The position numbers and the translations under genes were made by a program. This document shows, one piece after another, positions 26,721 to 40,147 of a stretch of 64,000 nt of DNA; positions within the stretch are counted from its first letter, which is position 1; each line of letters starts with the position of its first letter. Below the pieces are notes generated by a model that worked only from the letters and a program-made list of their open reading frames with translations, was not told where the DNA came from and searched no databases. The stretch is from Rhina ancylostomus (Eukaryota), in contig JARFYF010000017.1 of the NCBI GenBank assembly GCA_030265395.1, positions 40,674,661 to 40,738,660 on the forward strand. The letters run 5' to 3'.

Positions 26721-28184
26721 TCCTTCTACAACAATATGAATATGACCATGAGGTGACGTGACTCTGCAAGAGTCCAGCATCAGAGAGCAGTCAGGAAAAT
26801 GGCCAGAAGCAGGAGCAGAAATTACTGGCAGTAATTTGGCCACATCGCCAAGATCCCACAAAGTCTGTGCTGTGCTAACTGCAGCATAGCCTGTGCAGGT
26901 CCGAGTCAGCGGCTTAGATCGGTGGTGCTCAATGTGTGACCTCATACCTGCAAGTGCAGCAGAATTGGAAACAGGATCACAGCAGTGGTATGACACAGGG
27001 CAGTGAGACAGTCATTGGGAGCTGTGGGATGTGTGTACCCTCTCCTACAAAACCAGCTTAAATCACCAACGAAATTCCAGATGGAAAAAACCAAAGCGCA
27101 AAAATAAATTAGCACTTGCTGTAACTACAGGTTGCATTTGGGGTGGGACATTTCCTTGCAGCAAGGCCCCACACATTGACAAGCTCTGCCACAGCATTAA
27201 ACTGCTACTTGGGCAGGGCCACACACCAAAGCTGGCTGGGTCACACCCAGCATCTTTAATTGACATGTGCCGCCCCACATCATTTCGATGTAGTGGCCAC
27301 CCTGTAACGAGCTCGTGCAGGAGCATCTCTGGTGGAAACTTTTAGCTTTGCTTGGCAAACGATAAGCAAATGAGAAATACCACAGTTGGGAGGAACTCCT
27401 GCCATTGGAGAGTTTAAATTTAAAGTCCTGGAGTTTCCCTCCCTCAATTTTAGTACAAGAGCTATCAGGTGCTTCTGTTCTGAGCAATGTTAAGCTTCTC
27501 TCTCGGCTCTTCCTTTTGCGAGGAAGGCAATGACTTACCCCGTGGTAATTCTTCAGAGCTGGAATCTACACCCACAGCATAGCACGTGCTTTAGTAGGGA
27601 CAGAACTTCAACTTGTGTGAAGGACATCAATCATTGATGCTGTAACATCTCTCCTCCTCCTTGTCCCCCCCACTCACAGTCACTACCTCTTCAACACACA
27701 CACAAGCACACAAATTCAAATACAAAGCTCCTTTGTTTTAACCCAGGCACAAGGACATTTCAAAATGACTGCAACGTATTTTTGGTGCCAGTTCAGCATG
27801 GATTACTGAGAAGGACATTGAAAAAGATTCTCAAGACTACCCAAGGCCAATTAGTTAGGAGCTGTCTCTTTCAATCACCATTCAAGTCAATACAGCCCAT
27901 AGTCCAATAGCTTGATACTTGGAGAGGAAGCAGGAGGTTGAAAAGATTAGCTTTTTATTCATTCTCAGGATCTGAGTGTTGCTAGTGAGGCTGGCATTTA
28001 TAGTACAAAACCATTAGCCTCGAGGAGCTGGTGGTCTCCTTGAATTACCTTAGTCTGTGGATAAGGGCCTTCCTACAGTGCTATTAATTCGGGAGTACTG
28101 GCCACTGCTCTTGCTATTATAGGAGGTAGTGTTCAAAGCTCGTTAAATCGCAGAATGCAAGGCAAGAAAACAATATTTAGAAAT

Positions 28185-28295
28185 TGCAAATAAAGTACAA
28201 AAAATAAAAGTGGCTGCAAACAGTCAGGTCAGGCAGCATCTGCGGAGAGAGAAACAGTTAACATTTCAGGGCGGAAACCCCTCATTGGAACTGAA
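28185..28295 (-). mobile_element. Penelope-type arm with degenerate hammerhead (28255-28293)
   Basis: Reverse strand reads CAGTT-CCAATGA-GGGGT-TTCC-GCCCT-GAAA-TGT-T-AACTG; stems retained, core mutated. Confidence 0.65.
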
Positions 28296-29064
28296 TAGTG
28301 GAAGAAAGCGATCAAGAGCACACGTGCGGGCACTTGGGGAAAACTTAGACAAGTGGGGAGGCATTTATCTCCCCCAGTCTACAAAAGAATTCCAATTCAG
28401 TTTAACATTTTAACTGCACAGGAATAGTTTTATGTTTACGGTCCTTGACTGCTCCATCAGGCACTGAACACTAACATTGAGCAGATCCTTCATCTTCCAG
28501 CCCCCCCAACAAGTCGTTCTCGTCAATGGATTGTAATCTAAAGAGCATCATCTTGATAAGATGCAGATTAGAAGAGCTCAGGCCTAGGTCATGCACAAAG
28601 GACACAAGCCAGAACAGCTCCTTTGATTGACAAATTCCAAATCTGTTTATTTGCTGATACTAAGACAAACAGATGCCAATAAACTCCAGTGTCAGAATGC
28701 AATTTAACCAGCTCAACTTTTTAAATCTTTGCACTTAAGATGTGGCAGAGAAATCGGTGACAGAATTGTCAAAGGAGCACGGAAAATAAAATGGGTGTTA
28801 AAGGGGTGTTCCAGTTCAACAACGAGACATCAATTAGCAAAACTTCTTGCTAAATACAGAACAATAGCACATTCCAAAACAGGTTATGCTCCTGAGTCAC
28901 TGGCGCGTAGGAGATTCATAACACCGTTGAGCTTAGTTCAGCTGAAGCTTGAGTAAAGAAGATTGGATTTAGATAGAAACAAAATTATAATTTAAGCAAC
29001 GTAGAGAAACATTTTAAACAACATGGAAGAGTTTGTGTACTAACACCAGCTAGCAAATCTGACA

Positions 29065-29485
29065 TCAAAACAGAAACTGCTGGGTACACTCGGCAGGTCA
29101 GGCAGCAAAGGAAAGAGAAACAGAGTTAACATTTTGGTTCCCTTCGTCAGAACTGGGAAAGAGATGGAAAAGATAGGTTGAAGTTGCAGTGAATGTGGTG
29201 GGAGGAATTCTTGGCTGCTCTTACTGGGACTTCATTCTGCCTCTTCTGCCCTCTTGACCCGCAGTTGATTTGTCTTCCCTTTTGGTCTTTGATAAGTACC
29301 ATCCCTCTCGCCATCTTCTCTGCAACTTAAAACCATGTTTTTTAATCTCCTTCTTAGCCCTGAAGAAGGGTCTCAGACCCGAAAGTGTTTCTCTCTCCAC
29401 AGATGCTACCTGATCGTGTTGAGTGTTTCCAGCATTTTCTGGATTTATCTCAGATTTCCAGCATCTGCATGACTTTTGGTTTTGA
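29065..29485. mobile_element. Penelope-type element with inverted arms and two hammerhead cores
   Basis: Left arm has CTGACGA on the minus strand (29150-29144). Right arm has CTGAAGA-A-GGGTC-TCA-GACCC-GAAA at 29360-29384. Arms are mutually inverted. Confidence 0.7.
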
Positions 29486-29829
29486 GCAAAACTGACAGCA
29501 AGATATCAGATGTTGGAGAAATATCAGTTTGTTTTTGAAAAGAGGAGACAGAATTGTGAAGGTGCAAATCATTTCGCTCCTGCACGACATTTATGCCAGA
29601 AGCTCATCAAATGGAGACTAATGAAGGATGATCGCAGGATTTTGATTGAGTCAAGAAATGACATCTTTCCCAGGTTAAGAAATGGATACAATGCCAACAA
29701 GAAAATTAAAGAAACACAGAAAACTTGCAAATTGGTTAACTCCGTAAATAATGACAGCACATTTCCGTGCAGTTATCACGCGAGTTTCCTCTGGGAGCTC
29801 TCTTTTGCTCCCATCTCCCAAGGGTGGGC

Positions 29830-30015
29830 GATCTGGTGATCTAATTAGCCTCTACAAGTTGCTCCCAGTGTGTAGATGACTGGTAGAATCTGGGGAAGTT
29901 GAGGGGGAGAATAAAACCAAATTAGTGTAGGATAAGTACAAGTGGTGCTTGAGGTCGGCATGGGCTCATTGGGCTGAGGCCCCAGGTTCCACACTGCATC
30001 ACTGTACGACTGTGA
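29830..30015 (+). mobile_element. 3' part of a V-SINE with CR1-type tail
   Basis: CTAATTAGCCTCTACAAGTTGCTCCCAGTGTGTAG...GGGCTGAGGCCC..TTCCACACTG..TGTACGACT. Confidence 0.55.
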
Positions 30016-32299
30016 ATTACACTCTTTCCAAAAAAAAGGAAAGCAAAGTGAATGTAAATAAGTGATGTACATGTATGACATATGGAATAAACAAGACGCA
30101 CATTTTAGCAGTTCTCGGTGACTTGTGGCACAACACAACTAAAATAAGAACCCACACATACATTCTGCTTGCCAAGTGAGTTACAGCATTCAATGTGCCA
30201 AGAGGATATAACATTTCCAGCTATGCTCCGGATTGTACAGAACAGTTTCATTTTATTATTCCCCAATAAAAACTCACCAGTTGAAGGTTTATAGCTAAAT
30301 CTCAACCTAAAGCTGACGGAGTAACTTTGATCTCCCCGATTACTCATCTCACCAGACTACTTCAGTGCTTCAGCAGAGAGGCTAACGGAGTGGTCCAATG
30401 CAACGAGTCTTCCAGCAGTCTCTCTCGGGCACGCAAGGCCCCAAACCAAACCAAAACAAAGGCAGATGTCTCACAGGAACCAATGCGAAATCTGGGTGAA
30501 AGATCTCAACAGACGGGTGACTTCCACTGCTACACATTAGGAACTTAGCGCACTTTCACCACAGGATTCGTCAAGGATCAATATACTTTGCACAGTGCAA
30601 GAGAGAGAAAGGGTTGCTGGGCTCAAGACCATAGAGTACCAAACTACACTGTGGTGTGCTTGGTTCATTCACCTACTGAGGGACTAAGAGGGCTCATTGT
30701 CTCTAATGACAACCTGTGCATTACAGAATAAACAATCATTCAAGTGTCTCACCTTATGACAGACACGTTGGACAATAGAAACTGTCCTGAGGTTTTCCCC
30801 ACCCCATGAGCTTTATAAATTGGCCCCTCCCCAAGGTCATGTACAAGGGGCTACAGCAGCCAACCTAATGGAAACTCCCTCCTCCAATAGCATCAATGTG
30901 GACCCAAGCAGTGGACTTGGACTGGGATAAAGAGCTTCCTCTGAAGCTGGAACTCTCAGCGCTGGTCCAGATTTCAGGCCAGCTGTGAGCAATTTCACAA
31001 GAAGCTGCCAGTGACCTTTCTGTAAAAGGTGGTCCAAATAAAAACCCTCCCCTCACTTCAATATTGCTGCTAACTAGTCAGAAAATCTGATGCAGTCGGA
31101 ATAAACCACAGGGATTAAAATTCAACAAAGTGGCAAGAGTGGGTATTGCTCACACTGAACTCACAGCAGTCTGTGTTCAGGATATCCAGGACCCATTGAA
31201 GCTTACAGCACTAGAGGCCATTCAACCCTTCACATCTCTGCTGTTTTTTGAAGCACGTCTCCAATTAGCTCCTTTCCCCTGCTCTTCCTTCCCAGCGCTG
31301 AAACTGTTTTATACTGGGTACTACCGAATCCCCTTTCAGTCTGTGCATTCCAAATCACAACAACTCGCTTTCCAACGAACGCAACCCATCGCTTATTAAC
31401 CTGAATGCAACATAGTGTCACAAAGCACAGAGGAACAGAACCCAGAAGCACGTGACCCAAGCTAGCCCTGTAAAGGTTTGGTTGAGAATCAGGGACAACG
31501 AGAGTGAAAGTGAGCCTAGAAAGACAAATACAAATGCAAATGAGACCCCAGTGTGCACCGAGCCTAGTCCAACCTCGTTTCAATATGTTCTACTGGTCAC
31601 TAGTTTCTCAGACCTGCCAATAATGTAAAGGCAAACACGCATTATATAAATGAGACACAATTAGTGATTCAGAAATATGCTGTTTTTTAAAAAAAAATAC
31701 AAGAGGTGTTAACTGTATTCTTTATGCAGACATTGCTACTGGAATTGAAAAAGAAATTCAGAGCATGCATCACTTCCTCTGCATTTCTGAAATCATTCTG
31801 CACAAAAGGGGAAAACATTTTGAGAGTTCTGTTTGCAAACACTAATAAAACTTCCGTGTTCCTGCTGATATTACTGAGATTCAATAGCCGGTCATAATAC
31901 GCAGCTATCAACCTTCACGGAGCAGAGAGACCCATAAGGCTAATAGTACAAAACAAAAGAGGGCCAAATACATTAGAGCTGGTTTTATGTTAATAGGACG
32001 AGGGCTGTAAAAAGCAGAAAGATCATTAATGTGACCAGTATATTGCCACAAGACACCCATGAAATGAAATGTTTAATTTGAATGAAACAAAAGCAAAGTG
32101 CCAAAACCAAAGGATGACCCTATCTATTGGTAATTGGCCACCATCAAGGCTTGTAGCTGGTTTACCTCCTTGTGTAAACTGGACAGGGAATGAACATCTT
32201 TCTAAATCACTGATGTGTCTCACTTAAATAATGTGTGTTCGCCTTTACATTATTGGCTGGTCTGAGAAGCAAGTGGAGACACCTCATAGGGTTGGTGGC

Positions 32300-32665
32300 A
32301 GGTACGACACAGTGGCAACACTCGAACTTCTGTGAGTGAAGACTATAGGCTCAAGGTCCACGTCCAGGATCGAGCACATGATCCCTCCGTCCAGCCTGGC
32401 TCTCTGGCGCAGTGCTGAGGGAACACTGCGCTGTCAGAGCTGCATGCACTCCTGCAGGTAGGATGCTAAACTTGGGCTCTATCTGCTCCCTCAAGATGAC
32501 GTAAAAGTTCTCACACCCGTCCGAAAAGAAACACAGCATTCATTGTTTAACATCAAGTGCACAAATCGCCGCAAAATAATGATCAAATGATTTGTTTTAA
32601 TGATGGTGGAAATATTAATAGTTACTGAAGCACCCGTAGAGCCAATGGTTCTCCTTCCACAGATT
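32300..32665 (+). mobile_element. Deu-domain SINE (SacSINE1/AmnSINE1-related)
   Basis: GCAGTGCTGAGGGAACACTGCGCTGTCAGAG...GGATGCTAAAC...TCTGCTCCCTCAAGATGACGTAAAAG, resembling the Deu domain. Confidence 0.6.
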
Positions 32666-33336
32666 GAAAAGCAGTGTTGGAAATTTGAAATAAAACAGGG
32701 CACAGAAATACTCAGCAGGTGAGGCCACAACGAAACATCCAAGCAGGTGCCACCTGATTTTATTGCTAGGTAGGGGGTCATGGGCATTATTTTGATCCTT
32801 GTCTTTAACTGGTGGATCAGAGTGCAGTTGATTTTAACAATTGGTTTGACAAATTACTTTTGCATCGATTGGGATTTGGCTGTGACGCAACAGGACATTG
32901 CTGCCGACAGCATCCAAGAGCAAAAGCCTAATTGATAGGAGAACAACAACGCTGATCCCAGTGGAGCGCTCACCCTCTCAGTGGAGGCTGGCTCCCGAGC
33001 CCACAGGACCCATCTCCAATGTGTTCACGCAGGCAAATCTGGAAGCAACACGCACTAGGTGGTCAAGTGTGAAAGCTGCCGAATCATTTCTGCTTTGATT
33101 GCAGCAGAGCAGATTAACACAGGATCCTACAAACCACCGCAAAAGGAGACTAATGGAAATGGCTTAGGTGCCAAGGAGAGGAATTAGCATCAGGTTGCTG
33201 CTGCTAGGTAATCTCAGTTCCTTGTCTGATCGGGGCTTGCCCAAAAAGCCACCCTTACCCAGGTTTCAATGAGGACCCATCTCCAAGCACTCACAGTGTG
33301 AACTTGTGGGTGAACATTTAGAAGTTGAGTCTTACT

Positions 33337-33340
<4 letters not shown>

Positions 33341-33389
<49 letters not shown>
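33341..33389. repeat. (CA)n microsatellite
   Basis: Perfect CA run. Confidence 0.95.
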
Positions 33390-33391
<2 letters not shown>

Positions 33392-33934
33392 GTCATCAGC
33401 AATATTACCAAGGAAGGCTTTCTGTTGCCTGCCAAAAGATGAAAATAATAGACAGAGATGGAATAAATTCAACGCAGATGAGCTCATGGATTATACACTA
33501 TAAAACCACTAATTTTAGAGTCAATTTAAATGTATCTTGAACTAAAAACAAGATCCCTATCCATGTGTCCAAGGATATAATTCATATTACCTAATAATTA
33601 CTTGCAAGGAACACTTAAAAAGTGAAACGTTAAACAAAGTAGCAGCATGTTGCTCAGGCTGTCCCCCTAATAATGCGGCCTCTTCAGTTCTTTAATAAGA
33701 TGGTGGATTGCAGGACAACAACATGGCCATTGGAGTTTGCAGTGTTCAAACACTGAGTATGCTGCAGTCCTATAAGCACTCAGACCTTTCCCTATAAGGA
33801 GTGTGTATACAGTTTGGCATGTATATACTGCCCCATGCCAGATACACTTGTACATTGCCCCATCCCAGATACACTGCAGCAACCCCCCCCCCGCCCCCCC
33901 ATATATCAGATGCGTTAGTGTCTGCTTTGTTTCA

Positions 33935-34315
33935 AGGGTGGCACTCTTGCTTTCCAAGTCAGGGAGATTTTGTGCTGCAGTCACACCCCAAAGTCTCGAG
34001 CACTAAGGCAAGGCTACGTTGTTGGAAGTGCTGCCTCTCCAATGGGCTACCCAGTCCTAGGCCTCATCTACACACTCAAGTGGATGTAATGTACACCACT
34101 GAAACTTGCAAAGAAGAGCTGGGGCTTTTCCACTGGTATCCTGGTCTGAACCTGCCTTCCAAACAGTACATGAAACAAACATATTTCATTGAGGAGTGCA
34201 AGTTGACTGCTACTTTTACTGTGTAACAGCAACTATAAGACATGAAGTACAAGATGCTGTGTAATATTCTGAGCTTGTGAAAGGTACTATATAAATGCAA
34301 CTTATCAGCATCTTC
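33935..34315 (+). mobile_element. Near full-length decayed Deu-domain SINE with L2-type tail
   Basis: Head GGTGGCACTCTTGC, central CTCAAGTGGATGTAA..GAAGAGCTGGGG..GGTATCCTGG, tail GTGAAAGGTACTATATAAATGCAA. Confidence 0.65.
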
Positions 34316-34989
34316 CTCTGAAAACCAAGCTTTTCACAGAGCTGTGTCACTACAAGGAGGCATTTTGTAACATCATCTTCTCACACTGTGAAAGGGTTGC
34401 CTGACAGAAAGCCAGGAGCTGACTGTCACAGAGGGAGGTATCACCCCTTTACAGTGAAGCAACTTTGATGATCCACAAGTGGGAGAAGATGAGAGTGCAG
34501 CAGCAATCGATACTTGTGGCCTTGACTTGACAAAGGAGCATTTACCAGACAATCAGCAGGGTACAGTGACTGACCTGGGTGGCAGAACTTAGGGCCAAAT
34601 AATGCTACAAAGAGTTCTCTGTCCGATTCAGAGAAATGTGGCTGAATGGTTCAACAACTGCAGAGCAGCATGTCGGGAACAGCTGCTGCAAGGATGGGAG
34701 GTACAGTGGGGGCCAATGTCACTCGCAGATTGTTCATTGTATGAGGAGAAGCTGGCACTGACACGTACTACAAATAGGCCAAGTTTCACTGAACTCCCCC
34801 CTCAATTAGAGAATCTGCAGGGCACTTCGAGATGAGTCACGGAGCCACGTTTACCATCTAACACCCAATCACAATGGCTTCCTTGCAGCTCACCATTTGG
34901 TTCCATCTTTACCTCTATATGAGATGAGTCAGAAAGGACGATGATGAATCTCTGAGCCACTGACAGTGTTCAGATAGAATCAATGATTC

Positions 34990-35260
34990 CCCAATATCTC
35001 TTCCAGCAGCTCAACTGGGCAGTCCTCCTGGTGAACCCAGCCAACAGGAAGAATGAGATGGTTAATCTGTTCTCCGCTCAGGAACAATATGATTATATTC
35101 AGAACCTCTGGAATGAAGGAGACAAGATGTACAAGCAAACAGGGTGATCGTTAACCAGCCATTCCTACCAGGACCTCAGGTCTCTGGTGGAACATGAGCC
35201 TACCAGACTCAGAGGCAAGGATGCTACTACTGAGCCAAAGCTGGCACCAAGTCTTCAATG
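34990..35260 (-). mobile_element. Decayed tRNA-head (Deu-type) SINE
   Basis: Reverse strand begins TGGCTCAGTAGTAGCATCCTTGCCTCTGAGTCTG..GCTCATGTTCCA. Confidence 0.55.
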
Positions 35261-37068
35261 AAGGAGACCAAGTGGGCTGAGCTACTGAAGGAGAGTAAAT
35301 CCCCCTCTGGGAACGGAAGAGAAGGGGAGCTGAAAGGTGGGGCTTGGGGGGGGGAGAGAAGGGGTCAAGTAGGAACAATCCCAGCACACACTGGACGTCA
35401 ATACCCAACACTTGCCACCAGAAGCCAAGTTCTTCAATAATAAAAAGAGTTCAGTACAGCATTTAAAGGGTTAAGCTCTTATTGTAGCTGGGTCACAAAT
35501 GTCATTTTGTTGGCCTTTTGAAGACAACTCCTTCCAAGCGTTGATATTTGACCCACTTCAACTGTGGGGGGGGGCAGGGGGAAAGGAAGCACCATTTGTT
35601 TCCATATGATAATTCAAAGATTATTCTTTGGGGGCAAATACAGTTTAAAAATCAACTCTAAAATAATAACTGAAAAGACCAACTGTCAGATGCTGGCAGA
35701 CCAGGTGCAACAAAAGGAAGGCCCAGATTGCCATGGTTCAGCCTAAAGCAGCAACACAGGACAGCTGCATGCTATCTCACATCCAGCGGAACCTGGACAA
35801 TGCACCATGAGCTTAAGACAGCTCGGCATACATCCCAGCTNNNNNNNNNNNNNNNNNNNNNNNNNNNNNNNNNNNNNNNNNNNNNNNNNNNNNNNNNNNN
35901 NNNNNNNNNNNNNNNNNNNNNNNNNNNNNNNNNNNNNNNNGCTTAAGACCGCTCGGCAGACATCCCAGCTGCCAGCTGTCTGGGTGACAGCCAACAAAGG
36001 ACTAACTTAAGAGATTTCCAGGGTGCTGTTGAGGAGATGCAGTACTTTAAGTAGCATGGTCTTCCAACCACCTGCCACCATGTCCATTACCTGCTTAGCA
36101 GGAAGTGGCTGTAATCAGATGCACACCCCGGTGGCAGTGTGGAATTGCATACACGTACACAGGAGCAAATAGAGGTCAGAGTTGCTGCATGGTTTAAGGT
36201 TTTGGGACGACTGACGCCAGTGGAGTGACTGAGTTACACCAACAGTTGTGATGTCCGACTGGATCAAAGCTACTGATGCACTTTGTCAAGCTGTCTCACA
36301 TTTTGCAGAAAACTGCACACCACAACAGCTGTCCAGGTGAATTTAATTCTCCAGACTCCAACAGAAGCTCAATCTTATCTGCACCAGACACCACCCTGAG
36401 AGCAGAAACATGCAGCGGGAGGCAAACAAGAGAATAAACATCAGAAGCTTTTTTTAGGCAAATAGTTGCCACCACAGCTACTTAGTCTCCCTCACTAGTC
36501 GATCAAAGCATCAAATACAGAGATGCACTATTTACTCCCAGCAAACTCTTATGACAGAGCAGCAGCTTCAATGCACTAAAGAAAGGCTGACATCTAAAAT
36601 TTTAAAAATAATTGGCTTTGTGCATTACACAAAAATACCACCCTTTTACATAATCTTTCTATTTCTCAGGGGGATTGGAAGAGCATGATTCAATAATCTC
36701 AGTGGTCAGAGAGAGATGCCAAAAACCAGAGAGAGAGCGAGAGAGCGATGGGCCCCAATCTGAGGGAAGGACACAGCAAATAGAAGGAGACAGCAGGTGA
36801 GAGGACGAGGAGATCCAAAAGGACCAATGAGGCAGTAGAATGCCAAAACGAGGCAATGACCTCGCAAGCACCTCCACTCAACGAGAATTGATCCACATCA
36901 CTCCCATAGTCCAGCTAAACACAATGTTAAAAATACTACAGCAGGAGAAAGTGAAAAATGTGGTTCCTCTATCTGTTCAATTTACATTTAAAGCTGCAAC
37001 AACGCGAGGTCTCATTAAGTCTTTGCCTCCCTCTTGATTTTTTGTTAAAACTGCATATAAATTTATAG

Positions 37069-37189
37069 CACAAGAAGTCAATGAAAATAAGCAAAACGGG
37101 TAAAGTCCATCAATAGACATTAACCACCACAAGAAGTCAATGAAAATAAGCAAAACGGGTAAAGTCCATCAATAGACATTAACCACCAC
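37069..37189. repeat. Perfect 59-bp tandem duplication
   Basis: CACAAGAAGTCAATGAAAATAAGCAAAACGGGTAAAGTCCATCAATAGACATTAACCAC starts at 37069 and again at 37128. Confidence 0.95.
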
Positions 37190-37434
37190 CTACGAACCAC
37201 AGATATGTCAACATAATAAACTGAACATTGCAGACAGGGATTTAAGTATGAAAACTGTGCACAAATACTGTAAAACCCAAATGTACAGGACTCATGACTG
37301 GAACATGTTGGGAGGTTAATAATAGAGATCAAGGAATCAAATGCAGTGGTTAGGGAAATCAAGACATGTCTTTTTTATTGGCAACCAGAATTTGGAATAA
37401 ATGCTGACTAATTTATTAATACAAGCCACAATGA

Positions 37435-37550
37435 AACAAAAGCAAAATGTTGCATATACTGGGAATATGAAATAAAAATATTTCCTGGAAATACTCAGCA
37501 GGCAACATAGTCCCTGTAGAGAGGCAAAAGGAGTTAACACTTCAGGCTGA
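37435..37550 (-). mobile_element. Penelope-type arm
   Basis: TGCATATACTGGGAATATGAAATAAAA..CTGGAAATACTCAGCAGGC..GAGTTAACACTTCAGG. Confidence 0.6.
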
Positions 37551-37839
37551 TTGAATTGGCAGTGACAGCCACAATGAATGCTCATGCTCGATACAGTTTA
37601 CATCAGTCCTCCCCTAGTCTTTATTTTGGATCATGGGGCACCCCAGGTAACAAACAGGTTCTGTTTGTATAGATGTCCTTAAGTCTATTTTGTCCATAAA
37701 TTGGAAAATACACACAAAAGAAAACAAAAATCACTCATATGTGGCAACCACACCTCCAGTGTATTGTATGTTTATGATGCCATTCATTACAAGATTGATA
37801 AGAACGAACAATTACTAAGAGAGGAAACTAGTTCTGTCA

Positions 37840-37956
37840 TTCATAGGAACGAACATACGCATGTATACGTACTGGACTTTTGGATTTAATAATATGGGAG
37901 CTTGTACATGTGTACAGGTGTCTATAAGTCCAGCGTTCGTAACCTGGGACAGCCTG
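37840..37956. mobile_element. Tigger-like DNA transposon end
   Basis: Ends in GTTCGTAACCTGGGACAGCCTG, the reverse complement of a Tigger-type TIR (CAGGC.GTCCC.GGTTACGAAC); no partner TIR found. Confidence 0.5.
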
Positions 37957-39814
37957 TGCTAGACCAAAACCTCCGTAACTACACTAACTGAACAGCTGAA
38001 CACTTCCAAACCTCAACATCTTTCCAGAAGCTGTTTTGCCCTTTGTCCCTTTTGACACTGGTCACCACCTCTACAGGGCACAGCAACACTTGCAGCAGGT
38101 AATAGATCGGCCCACAGGGTCGGATGTGAAGCAGACCCATCATATAGATCAAAGCAGTCATAATTGTGAAACAATAACCATCATCAGGTCATATGAAGCA
38201 CAGAATCCATCCTCCCAGTGCCCCAGAAGGTTGTTACATAATGCCCCCGACACAAATGTAAAACCAGTATGGAAAAGGGGATGCTAGCAGAGGAAGAACA
38301 AAGCACCTGGCACCTATTGCTGTACACCTGCTGAGTGAGAGAGACAGAGGCAGAGGCAGAGGCAGAGATGACCCAAATGTTACAAAGTTAACACTCAATA
38401 CAAACAGTATTTTTTTAATGTTTTCTTTGAAATGCACATTCTACATAACTGTCCAGCCCTTGTGGACTACAGTCAAGGTTATGAAATAATCAGCACATGC
38501 AATTGGAAACTCCTTGCCAAATTTGACTGCACACCCAGTCTACTGCCACTAAACACAAACTCCTTCAATTTGCTGGATGATACAGTGTTCCAAGCTGAAC
38601 ATCTGCAGACATCAGGGACAACTGCAAGTGACTGCTGTGAGTGGTGCTCAAGACGCGAGGCATTTGGACTTGAACAATTTCAAATGATACTTTAATATTT
38701 ACCCTATTGATTTCCATGCCACGCTGACTACATGTTCTCTCACCCAGGCTACTCCAAGGAGCCCATTAAGTTCATTGTAATAATAGTGGCAGCAACAGCA
38801 ATTTCCCCTCAGACACTCACCAATTAGAAAAGACGTGGAGTCAGGGGCTGCCTAAACTGTTAACATTTCCTCCCTGGAAGTAGTTGTGCTTAGGAGGCCA
38901 AAAACAAAAAGAGGGAGAGAAGAACTACAAAATATTAGCTACAATATACCTGTACTTTAAAAGGTTTTGTTTAGAATCGATGAACACTAACAAATAGACT
39001 GAGGTGTTGACAACATTCATTAACAGACAGCAACCTTGCTGCTCCTAACATCCAAATATTCTTGTTTTACAAATTTAAAACTTTTAAGAAACACGTTGTG
39101 AAGTGGAACATGTCTGAAGGAGCAATAACCCAGAAAATAATTCAGTCACGCTGCACACACCACAGCGGTTTATCTTCAGAGCATTCATTGATCAGACTCT
39201 GGTACTAAGATCAAGATCTGTAATGTCACAAGTCGTTAACGACTGCACTGGAGTAGTTGATTATTTCTGACAAGTATAATGATGAATTATTGCACATAAT
39301 TTGATGCAAATAACAATGAATATTAACCTACCCGACAATCATGATGTTATTGATGCAACTTATTCTAAAAGCAGAATGCCCTTCTCACCTTTCTGCACCA
39401 ACAGCGGGAGATTATTTTATACTCTGTGGCAGGGTAGAAATGAATATTTCATCAAATATCATAACTATGAAAATGCATCATGAACTAAAGCAGACATTGT
39501 TATAAACAGAGCATGGTTAAACACAGATAAGAGAATAAGCCAGATGGAAACTGTCCTCTGTTTAGTTTCTCTGGTGGTTAAAAATAACATCTGTTTGAAG
39601 ATTGTTAGTGGGATTTTTTTTTGCTAAAGTACTGCATCAGGTGTCAACCACACCCTGCCTGCAGCTGAGCAAAACCCTCACTCACCACAGTTTGCAAGGC
39701 AAGGGAGTGAAATGCCCAAAACCCCAGACTACCTCTATGTTTCTTGAACAAACACAGAGGTACCACAGTGAAGTTGCAGATAGAAGCTCTTTCTCCTGTT
39801 CCTCCCAGCCAAGT

Positions 39815-40147
39815 AGAATCATAGAGTCACACAGCACTGAAACNNNNNNNNNNACCACACTTGGGCTAATCCCACTCTGTTCTCCCCACACTCCCATCAA
39901 CTCCCCGCAGATTCTGCAACTCATCGACAGACTAGGGGCAATTTACCAGGACCAATTAATCCGCGCATCTTTGGGATATGGGAGAAGACAAAAGCACATG
40001 AGGGGGATCCCCACACAGTCAGAGGGAGAGTATGCAATTTTGTTTTTTTTTTAAAAACACACAGAAAGCACCGGAGGTCAGGATCAGACCTGGGTCACCG
40101 GAGCAGTGAGACAGCAGTTTTACTAGCTGTGCCACTGTGTTGCCCAG
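39815..40147 (-). mobile_element. V-SINE with CR1-type tail
   Basis: Reverse strand head GGGCAACACAGTGGCACAGCTAGT..GTGACCCAGGTCTGATCC; tail CTGTGTGACTCTATGATTCT. Confidence 0.7.
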
